From a virus, in the IMG/VR virus record IMGVR_UViG_3300045988_183322: 64,000 nt of DNA, one strand, 5' to 3'. Positions 43,244 through 53,896 of this stretch are shown in pieces. Both the position numbers and the translations under genes were made by a program. Positions within the stretch are counted from its first letter, which is position 1. The number at the start of each line of letters is the position of its first letter. The notes under the pieces are model-generated. The model ran no database searches. It worked only from the letters and a program-made list of their open reading frames with translations, and had not been told where the DNA came from.

Positions 43244-43747
43244 TTGATAGAAATAAATTACACTCATAACATGAGCAGTCAAGAGAAAAAAGACGGCCAA
43301 GGGAAAATTTGTTTCCTGAAAGACCAGAGTATAGCTTGGAAAATAAAAAACGAAATTCTTAAATTTTCTAAAGAAAAAAATATACTAGTATATGGAAGAA
43401 CTTTGCGAGCGAAAGAATCTTTCGTTAATCAAATGATTGATTTATCCGTCAAAGGAGAATATGACACTTTGTATATTAAGGATGATAAAAATATCGGATT
43501 TGCAACATTCATTAAACATGCTGATTCTATAGAAATATTTTTTGCTTTTCATACTTCAAGAGATATTTTTTTAGCAAAAAAAACTTTTTTTTGTGCATTA
43601 GATATCATTAAAAAAAAATATGAATGCAATAAATTTTGGTTCTCATTTTGTCCAAGAGACAATTTTGAAAAATACAAACAATTTATAATATCATACATGG
43701 GATTCTCTGAAAATAAAAAAGATAAAAGATTTGAATTGGAAATATGA
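43244..43747 (+). CDS. Hypothetical protein (first gene of a 4-gene plus-strand island)
   Basis: ORF track. Confidence 0.3.
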   Translation: MIEINYTHNMSSQEKKDGQGKICFLKDQSIAWKIKNEILKFSKEKNILVYGRTLRAKESFVNQMIDLSVKGEYDTLYIKDDKNIGFATFIKHADSIEIFFAFHTSRDIFLAKKTFFCALDIIKKKYECNKFWFSFCPRDNFEKYKQFIISYMGFSENKKDKRFELEI

Positions 43748-44517
43748 AAAAAGTTGCATTCCTTTTACTTACTGACGCAAACTTTTGTCGAATGGATATT
43801 TGGGAAAGATTTTTTGATAAAAAAGACAAAAGATGGAACTTATATGTTCATGCAAAAGAAGAACCTAATTTCAAATTTCTGAAAGATAGGCAAATAAAAA
43901 AACATGTTGAAACTGGCTGGGCAGAATTTGGTTTAGTCGAAGCAGAAAATGAATTGCTTAAAGAAGCTCTTGGCGATATGGATAATCAAGCATTTGTGCT
44001 TATAAGCGAGTCTCATTGTCCTTTATACGATATATCACGGACTATTGATAGAATATTATCTTTGAATTTGCCAATATTCTCAAATGAATCTCTAAAAGAA
44101 AATTTAGAATTCCGTTGGAAACGTTCTAATTTTGAAAGTGTATCATTCCTACATAAAATTCATTTCGCATTCTCATCTCAATGGTGGATTTTTGATAGAA
44201 ATACCGCCATTTATTTTTCAAGAACAAAAGACAATTTAAAAAAATACTTCAAAAATACCAATTTTGCTGATGAACATTACCATATTTCTCTTTGTAATTA
44301 TGAAGATATTGATTTTTATAAACAAACAACAACATATGTTAATTGGAAAGTTCCAACATCAAAACCTTATTGCAAATATGTGAAAAGAAAAAAACCAAAA
44401 ACATATTTCAAAGTGAAAAAGGCTTTTATAAAAAAATTAAGGAAAGAAGGGTATTTATTTTTCAGAAAAATAGATGAAAGAACAATAATTCCAGTAAAAG
44501 AAATTTTTGAAACTTAA
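43744..44517 (+). CDS. Hypothetical protein (plus-strand island)
   Basis: ORF track. Confidence 0.3.
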   Translation: MKKVAFLLLTDANFCRMDIWERFFDKKDKRWNLYVHAKEEPNFKFLKDRQIKKHVETGWAEFGLVEAENELLKEALGDMDNQAFVLISESHCPLYDISRTIDRILSLNLPIFSNESLKENLEFRWKRSNFESVSFLHKIHFAFSSQWWIFDRNTAIYFSRTKDNLKKYFKNTNFADEHYHISLCNYEDIDFYKQTTTYVNWKVPTSKPYCKYVKRKKPKTYFKVKKAFIKKLRKEGYLFFRKIDERTIIPVKEIFET

Positions 44518-44806
44518 TATTGAAATTTACTATAAAACGGAAATTCACTGCGTCAGTGAATTTACTGTAATTATCTATATGCAAGAGGCATTAGATTATC
44601 TTATCGCAAATTGGGAAATATCAATTCTTCCTACTCTATTGATACTCTGCGGCATAGCGGGTATTATTATTAAGAGGACTTCTACTAAAAAAGATGATGA
44701 AGTCTTGAATGATGTTGAAAAAACAATTCAAGAGGTAGATAAATTGATTACAGAAATAAAAAAATCCCAAAAGTCTATTAAGAAAGATGATTCAACTCCT
44801 GAATAA
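44507..44806 (+). CDS. Small membrane protein (plus-strand island)
   Basis: TM segment ISILPTLLILCGIAGIII. Confidence 0.3.
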   Translation: MKLNIEIYYKTEIHCVSEFTVIIYMQEALDYLIANWEISILPTLLILCGIAGIIIKRTSTKKDDEVLNDVEKTIQEVDKLITEIKKSQKSIKKDDSTPE

Positions 44807-45195
44807 TCTTATCGAACTTGGCATTGAATATTTAAAACTGAAAAATCAATCTTTTATTTTTGATAAAATAGACTTTTACGAAAAGGAAAAGTATGAAAAG
44901 ATTGGTAGGTTGGAAGAACTTAGGAATTCTGGCGTTAATTCTAACGAGTGCGTGTTCTTACGAAAAAGGATATCAGAACTCAATGGAAGAATTGAACATT
45001 TATCAGCCATCAATCTTAAAGATAAAAAAGGGAACGAAAATACAAACAATTGAAGGAATTTATATTCCTCAAACAAATGAGATTTGGTATTCTGAAAAAG
45101 AATTTAGAAATTTAGAACGCTCTATTTATTAATTGTGTAATTAATAATACATAGCGATTGTTCTTCAATTTTATAAACAATGGCGAGTTCAATTC

Positions 45196-45219
45196 AACCA
45201 CACCTTTTTGGGTGTGGTT
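45196..45219 (+). terminator. Rho-independent terminator closing the plus-strand island
   Basis: AACCACACC-TTTTTG-GGTGTGGTT followed by GTCTTATTT. Confidence 0.55.
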
Positions 45220-46503
45220 GTCTTATTTAAAGACATGTTTTCTCATTAGCTATTTTTTCATCTTCCTGATTTCCGCAGTCAATTTTTTGCACAAATCACT
45301 AGGAATATCTTCATATTTTTCATAAGAAAAGAAGGTATCATCAAGACCGAAAAGTTCAAGATTGGGCTTAACATACTTCTCTCTAAACTCTAGAAAAGTA
45401 TCAATATCGAGAAGAGTTGAAACTGTTTTTTCTAAAACTTTATTTGACCTTAAATTTTTAGGCCTAACATCTGTAGGTGCGGCATCAACTTCTTTCAAAA
45501 GACTAGGTTTGTCTAATTCTTCTTCACACGCAGAGGAAATACAAAAATATTCTCTTACCGCTCTAGCAAATGCCCGATTAGACGCATTAGCTTCTTTGAA
45601 TTTGAAAGCAATACCAAACATATTCTCTCTATTTGCAGAAGCAATACCCTCGGTAGTGACCTCTCTATACCCATTATACGATGTAGGTTCCCAAGTTATC
45701 CTACAACGCATAACGCAATTATCGTTATCAAGATGTAATGTCTCATAACGAGTAGATTTAAATCCATGCCTTCTGGCTAAATCACGAAGGCCAGCTAAAC
45801 GGATAATTACTCCATCATCTTCTGCGCTTGAAACATTTTCTGGAACCGATTTTTCTTTCCGCACATAATAGTTTTCATTTATGTAAAGAAAAGTTTCATC
45901 AACAAGTTCGCGCCATTTTATTTCAAAAAAATTCGGTTTTCCTTTCTCGTTCAAAAACTCGAATTTCTTATTGTCCTCTATTGCTTCGGCTCCTTTAATC
46001 TCGTTTTTCCGTGGTCTTCCCATATTTTTTTCTATCTTCTTGAGCTTTCATAATATTAGATTTCATAATATTAGTCAAACACATTTTCAAGCCTTCTCTC
46101 AATGCGATAGTTTCTCCTTCATCGAAAGAAATATAAAAACTTAAATCTCGACTTTTTGAAATGGTAAAATTAAAATAATGTGATACGCTCCCATCATCAT
46201 TATTCGATGTTTTTGGTGTTAAATTAATTTTAGAACTTCCACCATCGGATTGGTGATACAAATTGACAGGAACTCTCCTTTCAAAAGCGTTTATAAATTT
46301 ACCTAATTCAACAGCATTAAACTTGGCAGAAATTGATTTTGTAGGGTCTTTTGAATCTTGTTTAAAACTCCCATTTTTAGTTTGAGCATTCCACGATGAT
46401 TGTTTAATCATGCTAACAAAAAGGCATTTTTCTTCGGGATTGTAACTAAAATGCGCCGCATGACCAGAATTTTTAGAATTAGGCTTATAGATACTTAACA
46501 TAT

Positions 46504-47601
46504 TTAATTATAAACTAAATTCATAAATTTATCAACTAATTTTGAACATGAAGGAATAATTTTGTAAATATTAGATTTGAAATAATTTAATGTCTCAATA
46601 AACCTAACATGTTCTATCTTAAAAATAGAAGAAAATTCGCTTTCTATACATAATTTCATATATTCAACAATAGAGAGCCAGAATTTTAAAATAATAAAAT
46701 AATTGAAATATTCAATATACATATACTTCATCTCCGCCGCTAATTTAGAGTCAATCTTAGAGAACTCCTTAAAATAAATAGATTTATAATAATCAGAATA
46801 CTCAAATAATCTGTTCTCTAATATAAAATTCATGAAATCATACAATGGATTCCCTATAAAAGAATGTGACCAATCTAAAATATAGTGATTATGATATTTT
46901 CTTTCATTTCCACTAGGGAAAATAATATTGTCAGGATATAATGACGCATTAACTAATTTCCCTAAATCAAATTGAGAAGATTGAACAGTAAGAGATAATC
47001 TTATTCTATCTAATTCAGAAGTAAAATCATCAAAATTTACTATCTTTTTAAATTTTTCTAAAAAATCTTCTCCGAAAATCGGAGACAATTTTCCTACATT
47101 TTGTGCTATACTAGGCTCCGTTCGGCAAAACGCTATGTCTTTAGTATCAATAGAACTAATTTGAGCTAACACTCGAAAAAATCTTTCTATCTCTTGTTCG
47201 TCCGAAAAAACATTATTAATTCCGAACTCTGCAACAGAAGGACCTGATATAAAATTTGTTAGTAAAGCCAATCCTTCACTTGCAAAACAACTAATAGGAA
47301 ACTTATTCATTGCGCTAGGAGCACAATTCAGAGAAGAAATAGAGCGAAGAATATTATATTCAGCGACTAAACATTTAGATTCCCCAAAAGAAATTTTTAG
47401 AAGAAAAGAACCTTTATCTATAGAAGATACTTTATAAACATCATATTCAAAAGTGTTGAGATGTGGTTGTATATCACTAACATTAAATTGAATAATCGAA
47501 TTTTCATTAATCTGTTTAACTATATCAGAAACAACATTTTTTTCTGACTCGCTTATTTCTGCGATAGAAGCGCAAAAAATATCATTATTTTTTATACTCA
47601 T
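46504..47601 (-). CDS. APH/choline-kinase-like phosphotransferase (protein-kinase fold)
   Basis: LYPDNIIF (catalytic-loop-like) and HNHYILDWSHSFIGNPLYDF (IDWE..G.P.YDL-type motif). Confidence 0.45.
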   Translation of the reverse strand: MSIKNNDIFCASIAEISESEKNVVSDIVKQINENSIIQFNVSDIQPHLNTFEYDVYKVSSIDKGSFLLKISFGESKCLVAEYNILRSISSLNCAPSAMNKFPISCFASEGLALLTNFISGPSVAEFGINNVFSDEQEIERFFRVLAQISSIDTKDIAFCRTEPSIAQNVGKLSPIFGEDFLEKFKKIVNFDDFTSELDRIRLSLTVQSSQFDLGKLVNASLYPDNIIFPSGNERKYHNHYILDWSHSFIGNPLYDFMNFILENRLFEYSDYYKSIYFKEFSKIDSKLAAEMKYMYIEYFNYFIILKFWLSIVEYMKLCIESEFSSIFKIEHVRFIETLNYFKSNIYKIIPSCSKLVDKFMNLVYN

Positions 47602-49025
47602 AAAACTAATCTGGCAACAATAGATTCAATACTTTCTTTCTTCTCATGAGAAAAACCTAAGGATGAACTTTCTTCATCAATAGTTAAATAAAATAGGCAA
47701 AATGAAGAGAATGATTTTTTATTAGCCTGTAAAGAATGAAGCTTCAGATATGCCCCATAAGAATCTAAAATATCTATAGCTTTATCAGGATATTTTCTAT
47801 TCTTAAAAAACTCTTCGCAAATACTAATAATATTTTTAATAGTATTTTTGCCGTATCTAATTTCATGATACTGTTCGAACTTCTCTTTTATACCATTAAG
47901 AATTATTTTGACAGAATCAACAGTAGGCTCATCTATTTCAAGAGTAGAAAATCTCCTTTCTAAAGCAGAATCAGGATATATATATTCATTATATTCTTGA
48001 TAAGTTGTCGCACCTATGCAGATAATCTTACCCCTAGATAAATAAGGTTTAAGAATATTAGACAAATCACAAGAATCTTGAACTGATTTGCCGCCAGCAC
48101 CAACTATCATATGTATTTCATCAATAAATAAAATAATATCATCTCTTAATTCGAAATGATTTAATATTTTAGAAATTCTTTCTTCTGCTTGGCCTCTATA
48201 AGAGGTTCCAGAAATAAGTTGACATATATTCAAAGAATAGATTTCTCTCCCATCTAAAGACCCGTTTTCACCAATTCCATTGACAATATTATAGGCTAGT
48301 CCTTCAACAATTGCTGTCTTACCAACACCTGCTTCACCAATGAGAATGCAATTCGGTTTATTTTTCTTATTTAAAATATGAACAATTTTCGAAATTTCTT
48401 TCTCTCTTCCAATTGCTGGATGATGGGGATAATTTTTTATTTCATCTGTTATATTATGAAAATAAGAAAAAATATTATCATTTTGTGCAAACTCATTTTC
48501 ATCAAACTTTACGCTTTTTTCATCTGATAAATCCAAAGCAGATTCTTTGCTGTCATAAGAAAGAAAAGAATTGATAGCACTTTTTTTACCATAAAAACAG
48601 CACTCTACAGCCTTCAAAAATTCAATTAAATCTTTGCAATCGAAAAACAATGAACAAAAATCTTTGCAAGTAGAAGAGTTTTCCAATAAAAATTTTAATA
48701 AGTGCTCTTTTCGTATATCGTTTCTGAGGTCCTTCCCGCAATTATAAAATATAGAGCTTAAATATCCACTAACATCATCGTTGGAAATAACATCATTATC
48801 TATCGACCCTTCTACAACAGAAATATGTGGGTCTAACTCGTTTATCCGTTTTAAAATAACATCTTGAGAGATATTTCTATTTATCAAATAATCAGAAATG
48901 AAAATTGTTGGTTCATTAAAAATAATGAATAAAAAGCATTTTAAAGAATCAATTCTACATTTCTCCTTTTGAGAAAAAATATACAATTCTTTTACAAGGG
49001 TCGAAAAACAATCGTTATTCTGCAT
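47598..49025 (-). CDS. Clp-family AAA+ ATPase, N-domain + single D1 module (ClpA/B/C-like, truncated)
   Basis: CILIGEAGVGKTAIVEGLA (Clp D1 Walker A), ILFIDEIHMIVGAGG (Walker B/sensor). Confidence 0.6.
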   Translation of the reverse strand: MQNNDCFSTLVKELYIFSQKEKCRIDSLKCFLFIIFNEPTIFISDYLINRNISQDVILKRINELDPHISVVEGSIDNDVISNDDVSGYLSSIFYNCGKDLRNDIRKEHLLKFLLENSSTCKDFCSLFFDCKDLIEFLKAVECCFYGKKSAINSFLSYDSKESALDLSDEKSVKFDENEFAQNDNIFSYFHNITDEIKNYPHHPAIGREKEISKIVHILNKKNKPNCILIGEAGVGKTAIVEGLAYNIVNGIGENGSLDGREIYSLNICQLISGTSYRGQAEERISKILNHFELRDDIILFIDEIHMIVGAGGKSVQDSCDLSNILKPYLSRGKIICIGATTYQEYNEYIYPDSALERRFSTLEIDEPTVDSVKIILNGIKEKFEQYHEIRYGKNTIKNIISICEEFFKNRKYPDKAIDILDSYGAYLKLHSLQANKKSFSSFCLFYLTIDEESSSLGFSHEKKESIESIVARLVL

Positions 49026-52000
49026 CTTTTAAATCAGCAAATCTAGAATAAATCTTTTCTTCTACAATTGAAAGACCTGTAACAAAAACAATATCTTTAC
49101 TCTTTGAGCCAACGACAACAATTATATTTCCATCATGGGGGCGTTTACCGCCATTTGCAATATAATTACTTAGAGTAAGAGAAGGGTTTCTTCCATTTCG
49201 GGAATCCATCATTAAACACATGACTTTGCCTTTATCATCATTTATGGAAAAACGCCAATATTTTTCTCCATTCTTTTTGGATTTCCCCTCTTGAAAATCA
49301 TCAGAAGCCCATCCAACTATCTTAACTGTAGTATATTCTGCTAACTGTTTAATCTCTTGACAGTCTGTCATAGAAGAGCTTTTATCAGCAAAAATGTCTT
49401 TGACGTTTTTAGAATAAGCATAACCTAATACTCTTTTTTCATAATACCAGTCTGCAAAATCTGGCATTTTATTATTCTGTTCATAAATAGCTTTAAACTT
49501 TCTGCATTTATCTTGTAGAGATGAAAATCCACCACGGAATAGAACTCTTCCATTGGAGTCTCTAGTTTCGTTTTTAACGCAATCTGAAATAATCAACAAT
49601 AAATCAGGCTCATCTTGTGAAGATTCATTCAATTTATTTTTATAAATTGCAAAAACAGCGTCTCTTTGGCGCGGAGTTAGAACATTTATTACTTGCAATG
49701 TATAAACCATGTAACAACGTTCATGACCATTCAAGAAACTATCAAATAACCCAGCTTGAGCGAATGAACTTAACACTCCAATAGATAACCCAGCGCGTTT
49801 AGCGGAATTATAGATATCACAAATATCTCTTTGAGTATCATTTCTAAAATTAACTACTTTTTGAAGCGTTTGAGCGGAAACACCTTTAATAGATGCTAAA
49901 CCATACCTTATATTGTCGCCTTCAATAGCAAAATGAAGATGGGAATTAGCTAAATCAGGAGGTAGCAACTTTATACCAAAATAAGGAAGTTCTTGAGAAA
50001 TTTTTTCAATTTCAGCAAACGGGTCTGGTTCAGCATTAGCTTGCTCTAAAAGGGTACAGAAGAACTCTTTAGGAAACCAATATTTCAAATAAACTGTTTT
50101 TGCGGCTGTAGCGGCATAGGAAATGCTATGCGAATTAGAGACTACAACACCATTACAATAAAAATTATGGTCGGGGGAATCTACCTCTAAATCAATGCAA
50201 TCTTCAAACTTGATGTTCGAAAACTCTTCAAGTTCGGCTTCGCCAGATTCGGTCAAAATCATATGTGTTGGGGAGCCATAAGAAAGAGCATCATTCAATA
50301 TCTTGATTATTTCAATCATCTTGAAATTCTCACTATCAAGATACTTATGACGGAAAGACGAACGAATTTTAAATGTCTCAGAGACTTCTGTATAAGAAAA
50401 TGGACCATCTGCAAAACTTTCGTAAACAGATAATTTAAAATCGGCTAATACATTTTGGCTCTTATAAATATTAACCACTTTAACGAAATAGTCTTTCTTT
50501 CCTTTAACATCAAATGCCTTAATGGAGTCGCCAATTTTAACCTTTGAAAGAGGAATTTTTTCGCCAGATTCTAATTCTACCGTATTATTAAGGCCTAAAC
50601 ATCTATTAAAAGAGTAATTTGCAGACTCTTGGCATACATGCCAAAAATACAAAGCGGCTTCTTCTGAAATGCCATTCTTTTTAGCCCCATCAAGAATCTC
50701 TTGTTCAAACTGAGGCATCTTTTCCACCTGCTTCTTACCAACACATTTCCTGAGCGCATCAGCGCGTTCGAGAGTAAACCCAAAAATCTTGTGAGCAATA
50801 TTCATTAACGTCTCTTGGAATAAAAGAATGCCTTTTGTCTGGCCCAAAAGCGAATCCATATGTTCATCACCAGACGGGCGCATTTCGCCAGTATTCTTAG
50901 CTTTCACATAATCATTCACATAAGCCAAAGCGCCCGGACGTGCAAGAGCCACCACGTCAGAAAGTTCATCTAGATTATCAGGAGCTACCACTTGAGCGAC
51001 ACGATAATTTGTATCAGATTCAATCTGAAAAAGGCCTTTAGGCATTAAGTATTCATTGATATATTTATAGATTTCTGGATTTCTATAATCAATGTCCTTA
51101 TGATTAATGCCAAGCATATCGCAAGTTTCTTTAATTTGAGTAAGAGTCCTTAAACCTAATAAATCAAACTTGGTCATAATTTCGGCCACTTCTCCCATTT
51201 CAAACCCGGAGATTAAATCTCCTTCTTTTGTAGTTTGAAGAGGCATAGTTTCACTCAAAGGAAAAGCGCAAATAGCAATTCCCGATGGATGAACACCAGT
51301 ATTCTTATTCAAATTCTCTAATTTTAAAGAAATAAGATAAATCTTTTCATTAGAATTACAAAATTCTTTAAATTCTTTCGAAGTTTCATAAGCTTCTGAA
51401 AGTGGACGAACAACACCATATTTCTTAGGAATCAAATCAGAAATTGCCTTAGTGTCTTCTTCATGATAACCACCAGCTAATTTCATCGTTTCCTTAATAC
51501 AAAGTTTACCTGATAATGTGCTAACTGTCAAAATTTTGCAAGCATTTCCATTAAAACGTTGGAAAACGAAATCTACAACTTTTGACCTATCTGAATAAGA
51601 AATATCCAAATCACAATCAGCAAGTAATCCGCCATCCAAATAAACTTTACCATCTTTGCCAATTTTCTTTTGAGCACGAGCCATTGAAACAAATCTTTCA
51701 AAAATGAGATTATGTTCAAGAGGGTCAATGCCAGTAACACCAGTGAGGTAGAAAACTAAGCATCCTGCCGCTGAGCCTCGCCCATCACCAACTGGAATAC
51801 CAGAGGAATTGCAAAATCTTACAATTTCTCGGTTAAGAAGCATATAATCTATAAATCCACAAGCTTCAAGAACTTCTAATTCATAATCCAATCTTTTTTT
51901 GTAATCTTCAAAATTGGGAAGATTATCAATTCCTAATCTTTTAAATCCATTCTCGCAAAGAGCTTTTAAAAAATCATATGAAGAACAATTTCCATCTAAA

Positions 52001-53547
52001 CCTAATTGGATTGCTTCATCTTGGGGAATGTCCGCTTTAGGAAGTATAACTCCTTCCAACATAGGAGTATCATAAATTTGGTTATTCTCAATCAGTTTTT
52101 GAGAATATTCGTTCTCAAGAGAAAGAGAATAATCCTTGTTGATAAAACATGTTTCATTTTCTAAACCTAAAGCTCTTATAAGGCGAATGAATAATTCACC
52201 TGTCATTTCAGTGTCAACAAGGGCATCATGTAATTTATCTTCTTTATACTTGATGCCAAATTTATCAAGCATAGAACTTAATTTGACAGAGATTCTACCT
52301 TTCGGCTTAAAATTAAGAAGCTTATAGCAAAACTCAATCATAGTTTCATTTTCAGAACGATGGAAATTGAGTAGATAAGCCCTAGAAAGGGGAACAGTAT
52401 CTATACATTTATAAAGGAAAGAATAGTCTTCCAGATAACCAATGCATTTTCTTGCTATATTTAGAATAAAAATATCAAAACCAATGATATTTTGGCCTGC
52501 CAGAATTGTGTCTGGTTGATAAATTAAATTCCAAAATTTATCAATAATTTCTTTAGGATTTTCTTTCTTTACATCATATACTTTTTTATCAAAACCTGTT
52601 ACAGCCGCCGCTTCTTTTGAAACATTTAAATTATCCCATGCAAGATAATGCATTTCTTTGTTGAGAACCTTGCCATTTTTCATTTCGACCCAAGCAATCT
52701 GCCAAGGGCGGGAGGTTCTCAGATTCAATCCTTCGGTTTCTGTATCGAAAAGAATAATCCTTTTGTCTTTTAAAGAAAAATCTTCTTTAGGATGATAATT
52801 GAAGCTACATTTTCTATTTTCTTTCCAATCCTCAAAACAAAATTTATTACTACCAAAATGAGGGAGATTAGGTTTGTCTAAAGTGCTATTCCCATAAACA
52901 GAACGCCCACATATTAATCTATATACTGTGTAAGAATCAAAATCATCATAATTTTCATAATAGATTGATTTGCAAAATACGATGCGATTTTCATTGATGG
53001 AGCAATATTGTTTTACTCTATCTTGCACAATATCATCAAATGGATGACAATTATTTTCAACGCAGACAAAAGGAGACTTAATGCCGAAATCGGGCAAACA
53101 ATTCGATAGAGTCAAACAATTTTTTGCAATAAAAGAATCGTAGAATGGTAAACCGAAATCTATGTTGGACGAGCTGTCCCAAATATCTCTAAGAATCTTA
53201 TAATCAATACATTTTTTATCATTGGTGTGAACCGAGGTATAAAGCTTAATTAAGTCTTTGTAGCCATCATCATTTTTCATAATGGCTATCATTTTACAAC
53301 GCGAACTAACTATATCCTCATAAGATTCTTCTAAAGAATTACAAATATCGAATCTAATACCATAAATTAATTTAATGCCAGTCTTTTTGCTCAAACGTAG
53401 GGCTTCTGGAAACCCTATCATCATATCCTCAATAAGAACAACAGAATCAAGTCTATTATCTCCTGCTAAACGGAATACATCACTAACAGTTAAAATAGAT
53501 TTCCCTATTGAGTTGTGAGTCTTAAAGAATGGAATCGCATCTGGCAT
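49015..53547 (-). CDS. dnaE: DNA polymerase III alpha-like (DnaE/PolC family) with N-terminal PHP, fused DEDDh 3'-5' exonuclease, and a mini-intein
   Basis: FDTETEGL (Exo I) and HDALVDTE (Exo III); joined exteins give YSFNR|SHSISYAATAAKTVYLKYWFPKEFF, matching the DnaE FNKSHSAAYA motif. Confidence 0.7.
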   Translation of the reverse strand: MPDAIPFFKTHNSIGKSILTVSDVFRLAGDNRLDSVVLIEDMMIGFPEALRLSKKTGIKLIYGIRFDICNSLEESYEDIVSSRCKMIAIMKNDDGYKDLIKLYTSVHTNDKKCIDYKILRDIWDSSSNIDFGLPFYDSFIAKNCLTLSNCLPDFGIKSPFVCVENNCHPFDDIVQDRVKQYCSINENRIVFCKSIYYENYDDFDSYTVYRLICGRSVYGNSTLDKPNLPHFGSNKFCFEDWKENRKCSFNYHPKEDFSLKDKRIILFDTETEGLNLRTSRPWQIAWVEMKNGKVLNKEMHYLAWDNLNVSKEAAAVTGFDKKVYDVKKENPKEIIDKFWNLIYQPDTILAGQNIIGFDIFILNIARKCIGYLEDYSFLYKCIDTVPLSRAYLLNFHRSENETMIEFCYKLLNFKPKGRISVKLSSMLDKFGIKYKEDKLHDALVDTEMTGELFIRLIRALGLENETCFINKDYSLSLENEYSQKLIENNQIYDTPMLEGVILPKADIPQDEAIQLGLDGNCSSYDFLKALCENGFKRLGIDNLPNFEDYKKRLDYELEVLEACGFIDYMLLNREIVRFCNSSGIPVGDGRGSAAGCLVFYLTGVTGIDPLEHNLIFERFVSMARAQKKIGKDGKVYLDGGLLADCDLDISYSDRSKVVDFVFQRFNGNACKILTVSTLSGKLCIKETMKLAGGYHEEDTKAISDLIPKKYGVVRPLSEAYETSKEFKEFCNSNEKIYLISLKLENLNKNTGVHPSGIAICAFPLSETMPLQTTKEGDLISGFEMGEVAEIMTKFDLLGLRTLTQIKETCDMLGINHKDIDYRNPEIYKYINEYLMPKGLFQIESDTNYRVAQVVAPDNLDELSDVVALARPGALAYVNDYVKAKNTGEMRPSGDEHMDSLLGQTKGILLFQETLMNIAHKIFGFTLERADALRKCVGKKQVEKMPQFEQEILDGAKKNGISEEAALYFWHVCQESANYSFNRCLGLNNTVELESGEKIPLSKVKIGDSIKAFDVKGKKDYFVKVVNIYKSQNVLADFKLSVYESFADGPFSYTEVSETFKIRSSFRHKYLDSENFKMIEIIKILNDALSYGSPTHMILTESGEAELEEFSNIKFEDCIDLEVDSPDHNFYCNGVVVSNSHSISYAATAAKTVYLKYWFPKEFFCTLLEQANAEPDPFAEIEKISQELPYFGIKLLPPDLANSHLHFAIEGDNIRYGLASIKGVSAQTLQKVVNFRNDTQRDICDIYNSAKRAGLSIGVLSSFAQAGLFDSFLNGHERCYMVYTLQVINVLTPRQRDAVFAIYKNKLNESSQDEPDLLLIISDCVKNETRDSNGRVLFRGGFSSLQDKCRKFKAIYEQNNKMPDFADWYYEKRVLGYAYSKNVKDIFADKSSSMTDCQEIKQLAEYTTVKIVGWASDDFQEGKSKKNGEKYWRFSINDDKGKVMCLMMDSRNGRNPSLTLSNYIANGGKRPHDGNIIVVVGSKSKDIVFVTGLSIVEEKIYSRFADLKDAE
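50134..50601 (-). mobile_element. Mini-intein (156 aa) in the DnaE-like polymerase, inserted in the conserved FN(K/R)|SHS motif
   Basis: Starts CLGLNNTVELESG (block A, Cys1 at 50599-50601), ends IDLEVDSPDHNFYCNGVVVSN (blocks F/G) with +1 Ser; penultimate Ser instead of His; no endonuclease domain. Confidence 0.65.
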
Positions 53548-53641
53548 TCCTCTTTTATATAGAGAAAAATTTTATTGTCAAGTCATATCTAGGCTCAATC
53601 AAAAACATTGTAAAATGAATAAGTTACATGATAAAATAAGA

Positions 53642-53666
53642 CAACCACGCCTTTCGAGCGTGGTTG
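53642..53666 (-). terminator. Rho-independent terminator (CAACCACGC-CTTTCGA-GCGTGGTTG then TCTTATTTTAT on minus)
   Basis: Direct folding; same AACCAC stem family as the 45196 terminator. Confidence 0.5.
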
Positions 53667-53845
53667 AATAGAATTTATTGTCACCTTCACCACATGTTTC
53701 AGTGGCTAGTTACACTAAGCAACCAGTAACAACCTTGTGATTGAATCTTACAATAGTTTGTACACATGTCAACTGATTATTTTCTTATTTCTCGTGAGGG
53801 TGTATTCTAATGCTGTTTTAGGTCCAGCCATAAAGCATAAAAAAA

Positions 53846-53869
53846 TAGAAACGAGAATTTCCGTTTCTA
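53846..53869 (-). terminator. Rho-independent terminator after the nuclease gene (TAGAAACG-loop-CGTTTCTA, T7 on minus)
   Basis: Direct folding. Confidence 0.5.
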
Positions 53870-53896
53870 TCTAGAGAAGAGATTCGTTAGAATTAA

